From Tubiluchus corallicola (taxonomy: Eukaryota; Animalia; Priapulida), in assembly GCA_030141605.1 (NCBI GenBank), contig JAQGDQ010000146.1, positions 131,933 to 195,932 of the forward strand: DNA of 64,000 nt, in the 5' to 3' direction. The translations under genes and the position numbers were made by a program. The stretch's first letter is position 1, and each line of letters starts with the position of its first letter. The notes below the pieces were generated by a model, which saw nothing but the letters and a program-made list of their open reading frames with translations, had not been told where the DNA came from and did not search any database. Positions 12,301-25,769 of the stretch are shown here, in pieces.

Positions 12301-15300
12301 CAGTAGTAGCAGCAGCAGCAGTAGCAGCAGCAGTAGTAGTAGTAGTAGTAGTAGTAGCTGCAGCAGCAGCAGCATCAGCATCAGTAGTAGCAGCAGCAGC
12401 AGCAGTAGCAGTAGCAGCAGTAGCGGTAGCAGCAGCAGCAGCAGCAGCAGTAGCAGCAGCAGTAGTAGTAGTAGTTTAATGACCATAAAATTAAAACTAT
12501 TTATGAAGAAGGCATTCCTGTGCTTTGAAAATTCTAACATTTGAGAAAAATGTTAGAAAGTGTTTCAGCAACGAAGTTATGATAAGCGCCCCGTGTAGCT
12601 AATAATTTCAATTTAAAATGGCGATCACATCACGCTTGGGCGCGCTCATTTTGGTGGAAAATGGCGTCATCTGGTTACCGTGCAATAGAAACAGTTATTC
12701 TGCCATGTGCTTCAGTAATCTTTTGTTGACTTATAGAGCGAACTCTATAAACTAAGTAACCCACCCGGTACCTACTGTATGTTCGCAATTTTACATGTGT
12801 ATCTTAGTCAACAAAAGTCTGTAAATTAATTACATTTACGGAATTAATCTATACTACTTATACATTTTACGGTATAATCATGTGGGTTAAAGCTATGTAG
12901 CCACTTTAATATTAGTCATAATTGTCAAATGACTAATTTTTACGTAAACACAGTTAAATACAATGCTAGAATAACTGAACTTCTGAGTGAGTTGTACTTC
13001 TTGAGTGAAATTTCTTAACGCGTACCTTCACCAAAGCTTGCTTTCACGGCATTCACGCTGCCCAGCATACACCAGCTACGTCATTTTTTTCAAATATGCC
13101 GGCAGGTTCGTTTGGAGATAAAATACATTGAAATTTTTTTTTCATTTTTAAGCAAAGCATTCTATGCGCATATCTTGTGTGGTGATTTCAATATTTTTAA
13201 TTGTATATTAAAATGCATATTAGAGGGGTTATTCTTGCTATAATTCGTCCATAAAGTTCACTCTACGAGATTTTTGATAATTTTAGGCAACAGTAATTAA
13301 TATAAACATCGAATCTTTAAAAAGATAAAAATCTTACACGTGGCAGCAGGTGAAGTGCCACACAGTTCCAAGTTTTGGACCATCCTACTGGGATCGAGTC
13401 CGTTACCCGCGAGAAATTCCACATAGTCACTAGCGCCCTCCTTCGTACACTGAATCAATACAAATTCAACACTTCAGTTACATAAAATTATCATAGTAAC
13501 TTTACCACAATAATTGTTTCAATTTCAATTCAATTCAATTCAGTTTGTTTATTTGTCTTTTTAGAACACTGCAATAGAACATTATCAATAGCAGAATCAT
13601 TTGTAAGTGGTGAGGAATGGCTACAATACATAGATATAAAACTAGAGAAAGGATAGGGGAAAGACTATGAAGTCACCTAGTCCGCTGTCCATGTTGCACA
13701 TTAACGTTAAAAGAAAACCGGATGATTGTGCAAACATTAGTTCAAAATAAAGAATGCTCTAAAATATTGAAAACTACAATAGCTTTTTTAGATCAAAGAT
13801 GAGATTAAATAATAATTACCTCAAATACTCAAATATCGTTAAACTACATAGCTACGCGCTAGTGAATCTACTAAGACTGGCAACGGCGCCTTTTTGTCAC
13901 ATGTGCGAGGCCGACAAATAGAAGGCGGTACCGTGATAACCATGATCATGATCTGCTGTGTTAGTTTCTGACGTCCTATGACGTACAGCCCATTTTCGTG
14001 ACATCACGCGTTTAAACAGTAACACTTACGCAAACGTGCTTGACACACAAGGGAAGATGCCTGCCATTACACAAACTGTGGTTAGTTTCTGACGTAACCA
14101 ATAGCTGTGTCCGGCTGCCGTTAATTAACTTTCTAAGATAATTATTCAAATATAAGAAACAATTGCTAACTTTATTAAGCAAAAAATGTATAGCCTAAAC
14201 AGCAAATTAAAATGAGATTAAGTATAGACAATCGTCCCGTTTTCCTTTAAAGGAAAACCGAATCCCGTCTTATAGCTGAAAACAATCTACTCTATAAAAT
14301 ATTAAAATGGAAAACACTTTTTTTTAAGAATGACTAACGTGAAAGAATTATTACTACAGAAACGTAATTTCGCGTTCGCGCCACTAGTTCTTCGCTGTAA
14401 CATGGATTCACTAGTGAGACGGGCGCTAGCGCATGTATCTCGGAAACGCATTGCACAAAAAACAGGTGTTCTACCTCTCAGTTCAGATGTGTTAGTTTGT
14501 GACGAACAACACACGTTCGATAGCTCATGCGTGAACAGAGCGGTATATTTGAAATTTGAATCTTTATCTTAAAACTTGCCTAGTTTTAGTACAACACACT
14601 GAATATCTTACAGTAGCAGTGTACTTCAGTGTTCGCTTTCACAAACACGTGCAACACGCTCATGGAATATTTGTGCTGTTGAAAATTATGTTCATTTGTA
14701 ATGTAATCACTAGCTGGGCTCCTCGGTCGTTAATAAGCCTTTTCACAGTTCCAGTGATTGACGATGATCGTGAAAAAGTCAAAGGTTAAATGTACCACAC
14801 AACGTATTTGTGTATACTTGACAACGTCTCACAGCCTCTCTACTGCAAGTCTAGCAGTTTTAACAAGTAGGTAGAACCTTATTTAGTTCATTTTTTCTTG
14901 TTCCCAAGCAAGATCCTGCTAGTAAATCGCTCCATACGCAGATTAAAGCAGAATTAAGTAAGGTCCACGTTAAACAACTAAAGTACTGGACTGATACTTT
15001 GCTTTACACACATGTCACGTGACGGTTGTAGTTAACACGCGGTGCACTTAACCTTTAACCAACAGCAACTGCGCATGTGCACAACGAAACTGCGAAAAGG
15101 CTTATTGATGATAAAAAGTGCAAGGAAGCTTAATCTGTTATTTTGAAATGATTTACTGATGCTGTTAATATATTTAAATACAAACAGCAGAGTAAAACAT
15201 TTTTAAATTGGCAGTATAATTAAAGGAAACGTCAACCCTTCTGGGAAGTTAGGCTTATTACATTATGGTAAAATCACTTTAAAGTGCGATCATTTCACGC

Positions 15301-18300
15301 TTGGGTACCCCCATTTCGAAAGGTAATTTTTCCACCAATGACGTCACTCGTCGACTGAAAAAGTAGCGTACATCAACTTCTTTCAAAGATATAGTAAACT
15401 TTACAAAAAAACAGATGGCTGATTTTTTGATATTTTTGCATAAACATTAGTTAAGCTCAAAAGCCTGAATTAGCTTGAAAAGCTAGAAGCGCACAATGAA
15501 ACTGCGAAAAAGGCTTATTGTTTTTAGCCTATTATTTAAATACTAGAAACGTTTTGGCGTTATTATACGTGTTAAAATGTATACTTTCTACAATCACTTT
15601 TTACCGTACGTCAAAGTGAGATGATATGAAAAAATATCCTGTTTTCCTTTAATATCTTGCTAAGAAACTAAGTATGTACTTGATTTAATATTGTGAAAAA
15701 CCGTAGATGAGAAGAGTTAAAATGACAGAGCGAACCTTGTGCACAATTGATGGCTGATGTTTAACGGAATTCACGTTCCCTGGTAACTTGTTCCTCTGTA
15801 CGCCGACGGCCAGGCGTCGAACCCAAACATTTGCCGGAGAAATAATGGAGAAACTGCAATTGTTTCGTTGGCCGTAGTTTTGAAGTGTGTACCTGCCGCT
15901 AGGCATCGCTGCGATCACATTACAAGCTGTAAGAAATAATGGAGTAACTGCAGTTCATTCGTTGGCCATAGTTTTGAAGTGTGTACCTGCCGCTAGGCAC
16001 CGCTGCGATCACATTACAAGCTGTAAGAAATAATGGAGTAACTGCAATTGATTCGTTGGCCATAGTTTTGAAGTGTGTTCCTCCCGCTAGGCACCACTGC
16101 GATCACATTACAAGCTGTAAGAAATAATGGAGTAACTGCAGTTCATTCGTTGGCCATAGATGTCAGCACTGGCTTAGTGTTAATGAAAAATTAAAGTTTA
16201 AAACCTACAAATGAAAATTAATATTAACCTGCAAATTAAGTACTCGCGCGACAGAGGCATCCATCTGTGACAGAGACACCCTAATTTACGCACGCCAACA
16301 TTCCAGGAAATATCGATAAATTTTAAATTACAATTATCTAGACGCCATGTGTCGACTTGCTACTACGTTTAGCCATTTTGAATTCTGCCCGTGCCAAGAG
16401 AGAGCCGAATTACGTAGACCTACCTTCCAGGTTCTCAATAAATCTTACAGAGACGCTGAAGCCCTCTAGCGGCCGCGGAATGCGATACTGCAACATCATT
16501 ACGTTCTGTGAAGCCAGCAGGAGTCGCTGCGGTGCATTGTTGCCACAGAATGTGCGATGACGTAACTGAAACTTGTGCGGGTAATCGTCGTCACTTGGAA
16601 ATAACTGACCGTCCAGTTCCCAGCCATCTAAAACCTGTTAAGAAATTAACTCAATAAGAGAAACTACGAAAGCGTATTAGGACCACGATATCCCATTATA
16701 AAAAATCTGATTATAACCAGATTTTTTTTACAATCGGATGGCAAAAAAGTTGGTTATAACCAAATTTTTTGTAATCGGAGGAAAATGAAAAAATTCGGTT
16801 ATAACGACAATTTTTACAATCGGTTGCAAAAAAGATGGTTATAACCAGATTTTTTACAATCGGATTGCAAAAAATGGTTATAACCACAATTTTTATAATC
16901 GATTGCAAAAAATTGGTTATAACCAAATTTTTTAATAACCGGACGGAAAGCGAAAAAAATTTGGTTATAACCAGATTTTTTTGCAATCTGATATCATGGC
17001 CCTAATACGTTTTCGTAGAAAATAAATGTAAGCCTCTCTTTTGAACTGCGATTTCTCATGGCAGCTTGTCTTTAATACATGGTTACTTTGACGTAACCCT
17101 ACGTCACGGTATAACGTAGGTTATGAGTTCAAGATTTTTATTTTGCTAAAAGCACTACAGTTCGGGGCAGCCCAAGTGATGATAACTGTAACGAGGGTTA
17201 TTTGGTTAAAAACAAAATAACTAATGCCATCATTGTAACGTTTTGAGGGCTATTGCATTCCTAATTTTATATAATGATCAGGACAATATACTACATGTAC
17301 TTTCACGGGTTCGTCTTCTGTTTTTAAGGCTGTTTAGTTGAAAACAAAACAAGATGAAACAAATTTTAAAGCTATAATTATTACAAAAGAAGAGTACAAC
17401 AACAAGTCAACAATGAGAGCTCAAAATTACTACTAATGGCTTGCTGTGAAAACCCCCAAGGAAAAATGAGGATAGGAAAATGAATGCGCATAACTTATCT
17501 GAATGTTCATGACGATGTTGTGCACAACTTGACGATCCTCCTACAATGACAACGCTGACGCCGGGAACATTACGATCCTCCATGAGCCATAACAATCCAG
17601 ATGACGACAGCTAATCAACAGCATCCAGCAACCCTCTTGTAGTCTACAACACCAACGTACCAACATCTGACTGGAATGGAATAACATCACACTGCTGTGG
17701 CTTGACCAGCTCTTCAAACCATGTAACAGCAACGAGACTGAGAAAGACAGGCTATACAACAGGAACACTGTCCTTTTGGCCAAAAAAACACTTAGCTCAG
17801 CTCTCCATGGTAAAGAAGTTACATCACAGATCGTGTACCAGCCTTTCCAGACAAATACGTTAACTACAGGTATGCTGGAACATGCCCACTGGTCAGACCA
17901 ACAACGAACGTCTATACCAGTGAAAAGTATCAACTCAACTGTCCAGAACAGGTATTGCTTTTTCTGCATAAGCAAACGAAGCACTCCAACAGGTAAGTAC
18001 AAACCATTTTAAGTGACAGGGGTGAGGAGATGATGAAAAGAAAGAACACATACAGCAGTGCAAGCCAAGCAAGCCATTTACTATCAAAATTAGCAACACG
18101 CACCTCACAATAACATTTTTATTTAGAGAATGCTTGATTTTAGGGGTCGTTCGAGCTGTTGCGCTGCGGCTTAAAAAGGGTCTCACTAAGTGCTCTTTCC
18201 AGGCAATGGTATGGTAGATCAAGATTGCAAAAGTCTAGTTCATAATTTGTTTCATTAATCGTCAGTATATGTAAAAATAGTGATGATGACCTTATATATT

Positions 18301-21300
18301 ATAGCAACTTGCTATAGTAAGAGTAATTTGCAATGAATTTAACTCTAGTTGTTGCTAGCTATTATGTTAATCATTACGTTGCGTTACGTTACGTTATGTT
18401 ATGTTATGCTATGTTTTGCTAAGTTACGTTAACTTAAGTGATGTGAAGTTCCGTTACATTGCACTACGTTATATTGTGTTACGCTACGCTATGTTACATT
18501 GTGTTATGTTATGTCACGTTACGTTACGTTACGCTACGTTACGTTACGTTATGTTATGTTATGCTGTCATATCATGTCGTGTCACGTCACGTCACGTCAC
18601 CTTACACTGTGCTGTGTTGTGTTGTGTCGTGTCGTGTCATGTCACGTTACGTTGTGTTGTGTTATGTTATATCATGTCATGTCATGTTATGTTATGTTTT
18701 TATATGACACACAATTTAGACAGCAGGAAAGCTCTAGCAAAATTCAAGTCAATACAGTAGTCGATTTTCATCGTAGATAAGAACGAAATACATGGTAAAG
18801 TACGCTGACTGTAAAGCATAATTACTTTTACTAAGGAGCAGAAGCACATCAACAGAAAGTTACTGGATTCTGCACTATGAGACAGGTACAAACAAGCAAA
18901 CAAACAAAGAGGCAAAATCAAGCAAACTTCCTTACAAGCTCCAATATGGAGACCCGGCCATATTCTCGGAAGTTTTCAGCCTACAGTAATTTAAAGGAAA
19001 CTAAAATTTTCATTCTAGGGCAAGAATTGAAAGGTTCCGTTACTTAATCGAGGACATCGGTCACGATGAGTGTTTAGCCCCACTTGTAACTGTCCCGTAC
19101 ACTGTAACTGGCAACACGAACACTAGTGGTAATTAGTACTGAATTTAATAATACATTACTATAACTGGAAACACGAATACTAGAGGTAATTACTATTGAA
19201 TTTAATGATACTGTTGCAGGTGCAAATGTTTTGGTCCATTACCTCTTCTCAAGGTAGTATATGCATTAGAAGCCACAATATATTAGACTGTAGCTCAACC
19301 TCTAGACTACTTTTTCTTCTCTGACATTGTATAGGTGGAACTTGTCATGTACACACGTCTTTGTTGCATTTAAAAATTGTCTTATAATTATAGTGCTACC
19401 TTTTACTGACATTCTGGCTTTTTCTCGACTCAATATTGGACCAACAATGTATGTATGCATTTTAGCTTTTTTAGTGTAATGTAGTAATCTGTAGCACTTA
19501 TTTTCTAGCACTTTTATTTCACTAGATTTGTAGATGTAGTAGTTGTAGACTACAGAAAATTTGTATTTTTGCAGAATAAACTACATAGATATGGGAACGC
19601 AACTTTGCTTTGAGCGTATACATTACAGATACGTTACTATAACTGGCAACACGAATACTAGTGATAATTACTACTGAATTTAATGATACGTTACTATAAC
19701 TGGCAACACGAATTCTAGTGGTAATCACTACTGAATTTAATGATACTTTACTGTAACTGGAAACACGAACACTAGTGGTAATTACTACTGAATTTAATGA
19801 TACGTTACTATAACTGGAAACACGAATACTAGTGGTAATTACTATTGAATTTAATGATACTGTTGCAGGTGCAAATGTTTTGGTCCATTACCTCTTCTCA
19901 AGGTAGTATATGCATTAGAAGCCACAATATATTAGACTGTAGCTCAACCTCTAGACTACTTTTTCTACTCTGACATTGTATAGGTGGAACTTGTCATGTA
20001 CACACGTCTTTGTTGCATTTAAAAATTGTCTTATAATTATACTGCTACCTTTTACTGACATTCTGGCTTTTTCTCGACTCAATATTGGACCAACAATGTA
20101 TGTATGCATTTTAGCTTTTTTAGTGTAATGTAGTAATCTATAGCACTTATTTTCTAGCACTTTTATTTCACTAGATTTGTAGATGTAGTAGTTGTAGACT
20201 ACAGAAAATTTTTGCAGAATAAACTACATAGATATGGGAACGCAACTTTGCTTTGAGCGTATACATTACAGATACGTTACTATAACTGGCAACACGAATA
20301 CTAGTGATAATTACTACTGAATTTAATGATACGTCACTATAACTGGCAACACGAATACTAGTGGTAATTACTACTGAATTTAATGATACTTTACTGTAAC
20401 TGGAAACACGAACACTAGTGGTAATTACTACTGAATTTAATGATACGTTACTATAACTGGCAACACGAATTCTAGTGGTAATTACTACGGAATTTAATGA
20501 TACGTTACTATAACTGGAAACACGAACACTAGTGGTAATTACTACTGAATTTAATGATACGTTACTATAACTGGCAACACGAATACTAGTGATAATTACT
20601 ACTGAATTTAATGATACGTCACTATAACTGGCAACACGAATACTAGTGGTAATTTCTACTGAATTTAATGATACGTCACTGTAACTGGAAACACGAATAC
20701 TAGCAGTAATTACTACTGAACTTAATGATACGTCACTGTAACTGGAAACACGAATACTAGCAGTAATTACTACTGAATTTAATGATACGTCACTGTAACT
20801 GAAAACACGAACACTAGTGGTAATTACTGCTGAATTTAATGATACTTTACTATAACTGGAAACACGAATACTAGCAGTAATTACTACTGAATTTAATGAT
20901 ACTTTACTATAACTGGAAACACGAATACTAGCAGTAATTACTACTGAATTTAATGATACTTTACTATAACTGGCAACACGAACACTAGTGGTAATTACTA
21001 CTGAATTTAATGATACGTCACTATAATTGGTAACACGAATACGAGCAGTAATTACTACTCAATTTAATGATACGTCACTATAAATGGCAACACGAATACG
21101 AGCAGTAATTAGTACTGAATTTAATGATACTTTACTATAACTGGCAACACGAACACTAGTGGTAATTACTACTGAATTTAATGATACGTCACTATAATTG
21201 GCAACACGAATACGAGCAGTAATTACTACTCAATTTAATGATACGTCACTATAAATGGCAACACGAATACGAGCAGTAATTAGTACTGAATTTAATGCTA

Positions 21301-23865
21301 CTTTTTTCGTGATACTTACACTCAATAGTCCACCCTCGGCGCAACCTACGTCGAAGAACTGAAACTCCAGTTCAATTATCTGACGTGGATCAGCGATTAA
21401 GTACAAGCCACATATGTCCTCTTGTCCAGTTGATTTATACCAGTAGGTTCCCTCAGTACCAACCACGGCTATGCATGCTGAAAGCATTTCCAAAAAACCA
21501 TCTTATTTAATTAAATTATTTAATCTTATATAACCTAAACCAATGAATTGATGAGACAGATATACAGCAAGCAAATGAGTGGCTAAATAGATAAATAAAT
21601 AAATAAATGAATAAATAATAAAATAAACTACAAAACTGTTTATGAAAAAATGTCGTAAACTGAACATGTTCTGCAAGTGTAATTTGATGTAACGTGATGA
21701 AATGTGGAACGAAATCGGAACTTGCGACATTTTGGCCACTGACTTTGGGTCAGGGGTCAATCAATCTCGGATCAGCCTACCCATTCAATTTCAGTTGATG
21801 TATTACCAGCTATTGTTGCTCAGTTCTGGAAAAAATGTCTCTGCCCGATCCCCACTTTCAATTTTTAGCCCCAAAAGAAATTGTGAAAAGTTTTCCCACA
21901 TCCTATTTATTTCGGAAAGCGTTGGAATGATATCACATAACCAGCATCACGTGATCTTTCCTTTTATCAATAAATGAATCGTTGCTTATTAGCGTACCAA
22001 TTCTCCTTCACAAATAATATCTCGACCCCTACAACCCATAGAAATCAGTAATCAAAATCACAGTGTTTTCACGTTTGGTGTTTTGGTGCAAAGGTTTCTC
22101 TTATTGCCTCTTTATTGCCCACGCGCACGCATTAGTCAAAGAAGGAATTGTAGTGGAGACAAATAATTTTATTTTGCTATCATTTCACTGTGCATTTCAA
22201 GTTTACAATTTAGAAATTATCTTATCTGCTTTTCACAATGCGGAATTTTGGACGTCAGTATTAATTTTTACACATTAGGTTTTTATTAGGTAGAATGTTG
22301 TGATTACGACCATATTATGATTGAAACGTTGCAGATGATTGTGTTAGAATAAATAGGTAAGTCAGTCCCGTGTAACAGGCCATACTGTAAAGTACGCATT
22401 GTCACTTGTAGATGGCAGCACTTGTAGCACTGTTGTACGATGGCGTCAGTTAATAGTCAACATGGCGTGAAATTACACGTGATTCCAGATCCAATCCCGT
22501 ATAACAGGCCATACTGTAAGATATGTATTGTCACTTGTAGATGGCAGCACTTGTTGCATTGTTGTACGATGGCATCACCTAATAGACAGCATGGCGTTAG
22601 AATAAATAGGTAAGTCTTTGCTTAAGTGGGCGCTGGCATTTGTTTTCATTTTAAAAATTCATTTCCGTAGTAGCAATCACGAACGAGTCTTGAGGTTGCC
22701 TTCTTAGCGTGATGAAGTATGCATAAAATATGAAGTATTGTATAGCATACGTGATCATATAGTATATTGAACATAAAGTGCACTGATGAACATCCACAAT
22801 AAGTCTAAGAGGGTAAGAAAACGCCTGGAGCAGAATCTATAGCAAAGCACTTGCGTCTACAAACTGAGTGCTTTCCAGCTGATAATGCTGGTCATTATTA
22901 TGTATATCGCAATTCTGAGGCTAAATTTAGTGAGCTTATGTCACACGTTTAAAAATATCTATCCTTAGTAACACTTAGCGACGAGACTATGCTGACCTGT
23001 CACCATAGCAACGGCCTCTGCTGACCTGCCACCATGGAGACGGGCACTACATCTAACTTGCTGTTGATTGGCCTTGGCCTTTAGGAGTAGTAATATAAGA
23101 CACATCTCAATACACATCTGATTGGCTAGAGTAACAGCTTCTTGCATACTTCCGGTGGTAGGATCAGTGATTCGTAACTCTTATAATCTCACGCCTGCAG
23201 AGCATTCACCGGAAGTTGCTCTTTACAAGTGGCGTTTGTCCATAAGACACAGATGCAAACAGGCAAGCAGACTACGCAAACCGCTTACAATATTGAAATG
23301 CTTCATCTGTTACTCAGTAATCAAATGTATTATCCGTTACATTTTGTCAATTTATTCTACCTCTGTTCCTATTCCTTTGTTTCTTTTTAGTTCTGTTTCG
23401 AGTTCTTACGTGATACATAATATATAATCTTTTATTATCCTTTTTGCTGAGTGTCTTAATCTTTCCCCACCTTTGTGTTGAACAAGATCGCTTAGATTGC
23501 TACGTCTGATTAGCGTCTACCTACTTCTAAATGTGAAGCTATAGACGTGCAACGATATAATTCTGTTCAGTTTATGTAAATGTTGAACTTACGTATCTCT
23601 TCATATGAATCACGTTCCTTGGGCAAATTAGATGAACGTTTCTCTGAGAAATTCAATTGCTGAAACAAACAAGTGAAAATTATTTTACTAAACGCTAATC
23701 ATGAAATATTTAATAACGTGTGTTTGAAGAAGTATTGCTTATTGGTAAACTTACTTTTACAACACAAAGTGCTCGTTTTCTAAAACTGCCTGGTTACTAA
23801 GTTTTGATTTAGCGGTTAGAGTGAGTAAATTTAATCTATGCCATTCTTGATGGTGATAGTTGTTG

Positions 23866-23898
<33 letters not shown>

Positions 23899-25130
23899 CG
23901 ATAACAATGACAACAATGACGACAACGGTGATGATGATGATGATGTTGATGATGACGACGACGACGACGACGATGATGATTATGTTGATGATGATGACAA
24001 GGACGATGATGATAATGATGATGATGATAATGATGACGATGACAATGACAACAATGACAACAACGGTGATGAGGATGATGTTGTTGATGATGACGATGAC
24101 GACGACGACGATGGTGGTGGTGGTGGTGGTGGTGGTGGTGATGGTGGTGGTGGTGGTGGTGGTGGTGGTAGTGGTGGTGGTGGTGTTGGTGGCGGTGGTG
24201 GTGGTATTGGTGCTGATATTTCCTTGCTAAGGATTATGTGAATAAATAGGAAACTTTATAATCTACGTATGAACCTGTGCATTACAAATTTCGTAACTTT
24301 GCTTTTCGAAAAATACCTTAATTAAGTCTGCTGTTAAGTCTATGATATACCAAACCATCTAGCTGTCAGCGGAAAAACAAAATGAACGATGTAATATTTA
24401 TTTTTTGCAATGCTTTCGGCATTAAGTTATTTATTCGTATAATAATCGGATTATTATTATTGGCTGGCTGAGAAACAGACGCTTGAGCCAAAGGTCACAA
24501 AAATTGACGTCAGACTCTCAAAAAATAGGAACAGCTTCCAGCGTCAGCAAATTTTTGCTTTCATCTTTCACAGACAATATATTTGCATTTCCAGATGCTG
24601 GATGCTTTAGTGCATCATGGACATTAGTAGATCTGAGAAGCCAACAATCGTATAAATATTAAAGTAACCGTTATCACACTGGCAATAAAATGTAAAAAAC
24701 AATAATTACATTGCCGAACCTTATGCCTTATTTACTTGCTTATTTATTAGTTTACTTACTTAATTACTTATTTGTTTATTTATTTGTTTGCTTTTTGGTT
24801 CACTTATTTATTTATATATGTTTTTATCTATTTATTTATTTTCTTATTTATTTATTTATGTAGTTATTCATTTGTTTATTTACTTATCTATTTTTCTGTT
24901 GGTTTATTTATTTATTTACTTATTTATTTATCTAAATGATAACCTATTTATTGATTTGTTTGCTTTTTCGTTCACTTATTTATTTATTTATGTTTTTATC
25001 TATTTATTTATTTTCTTATTTATTTATGTAGTTATTTATTTGTTTATTTACTTATTTATTTTTTGTTCGTTTGTTTATTTACTTACTTTTTTGTTCGTTT
25101 GTTTGTTCTCTTATTTACTTATTTACTTAC

Positions 25131-25181
<51 letters not shown>

Positions 25182-25769
25182 TATTTAAAGACAACAAAAT
25201 TTTATTAAAATTTTGCATTAAAAAGTTGAAATCATGTCAAACGTATCAACAGGCTGCTGTTGTAATCATTTATTTATATGCTTATCTATTTATTTATTAT
25301 TTATTTATTTGTTTACTTATTTATTTTTATATACAATGCTGTATTTACAAATGAATAATCACGCAGTGAAATGAATAATAATTACACAGTGAAATGACAC
25401 GTTTTTTCATTCACGTCCTCAGCGTATGGCTAAACTATACAATTTCCCACATACAAGAAATTAGTTACCAAAGCGAATTAGGAATTTAGGATTAGTGTTA
25501 AGATTATAATTAGGACAAGAGTTAGGGTTGGAGTTAGGGTAAGAGATAGGGATAGGGTTAGGTTTGGGTTAGGGTTAGGATTACGGCATTTCAGTTCTAA
25601 ACTCCTTTGTGTTGGTGTGTATAGGCCTAGTAAACATTGTGAGCGCAGAATCCTACGTCCTAATTACGATGACTCTGCTCACCTTTTTCGACAGCGACGA
25701 CAACGCGACAATTACGTCAAACACAAGAACACAACAAGCTAAAATAAAACTTGGCTTCTTATAAACCAT
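11784..25769 (-). CDS. CRHBP: Corticotropin-releasing hormone-binding protein (CRH-BP), 7 coding exons, about 320 aa
   Basis: Minus-strand exons, all GT-AG with consistent phases: 25769-25683 (MVYKKPSFILACCVLVFDVIVALSSLSKK, signal peptide), 23659-23593, 21477-21320 (CIAVVGTEG..ICGLYLIADP..FDVGCAEGGLLS), 16634-16424 (VLDGWELDGQLFPS..FCG..SQNV..YRIP..GF), 15926-15736 (CNVI..YTLQNYGQRNNCSFSIISPA), 13449-13338 (C..DYVEFLAGNGLDPSRM..LCG), 11920-11784 (GCGNSVIRLVSSGEWDNAVTFEF..ICTK*). These motifs are colinear with vertebrate and insect CRH-BP. Confidence 0.93.
11947..12475. repeat. (AGC/AGT)n microsatellite in the last CRH-BP intron
   Basis: Directly visible. Source of the spurious poly-Leu ORF. 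Confidence 0.96.
13707..14250. mobile_element. Kolobok/T2-like MITE family B, copy 1 (about 545 bp)
   Basis: TTAA-A(A)GAAAACCGGATGATTGT...ACAATCGTCCCGTTTTCCT-TTAA terminal inverted repeats. Reverse-complement copies at 27672-28222 and 36394-36946. Confidence 0.85.
14247..15652. mobile_element. Kolobok/T2-like MITE family C, copy 2, with nested insertions at 14732-15519
   Basis: TTAA-AGGAAAACCG...GTTTTCCT-TTAA. The insert has AATAAGCCTTTTCACAGTT/AACTGCGAAAAGGCTTATT inverted ends and includes a family A fragment. Confidence 0.7.
15838..16158. repeat. 94-bp tandem repeat (about 3.4 copies) spanning the CRH-BP exon 5 acceptor
   Basis: TACAAGCTGTAAG recurs at 15921, 16015 and 16109. Confidence 0.93.
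16664..17018. mobile_element. MITE with about 29-bp TIRs and internal GGTTATAACC subrepeats
   Basis: CTACGAAAGCGTATTAGGACCACGATATC ... GATATCATGGCCCTAATACGTTTTCGTAG, flanked by AA on both sides. Confidence 0.8.
18372..18700. repeat. Degenerate pentanucleotide microsatellite (GTTAC/GTTAT/GTCAT)n
   Basis: Directly visible. Confidence 0.9.
19100..21300. repeat. 57-bp satellite array (GATACGTTACTATAACTGGCAACACGAATACTAGTGGTAATTACTACTGAATTTAAT) with a 649-bp higher-order duplication
   Basis: Period 57 bp. An interrupting block of about 410 bp occurs twice (about 19212-19630 and 19861-20270), giving the twin ORFs 19302..19511 and 19951..20160. Confidence 0.95.
22335..22615. repeat. Direct repeat of about 155 bp; core also present at about 26205-26305
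   Basis: Shared TTGTCACTTGTAGATGGCAGCACTTGT..GTTGTACGATGGC core. Confidence 0.75.
23860..24212. repeat. (GAT/GAC)n then (GGT)n microsatellite
   Basis: Directly visible. Confidence 0.95.
24725..25330. repeat. Degenerate (TTTA)n microsatellite
   Basis: Directly visible. Confidence 0.93.

Noticed and set aside
17400-18230. Higher-GC segment with several short ORFs in CRH-BP intron 3
   Set aside because: No recognisable motif or consistent frame. Probably a decayed retroelement, but I cannot assign it.
25500-25580. Telomere-like TTAGGG runs (also about 29300-29330 and 31450-31470)
   Set aside because: Short and degenerate, typical of interspersed repeat internals rather than a telomere.
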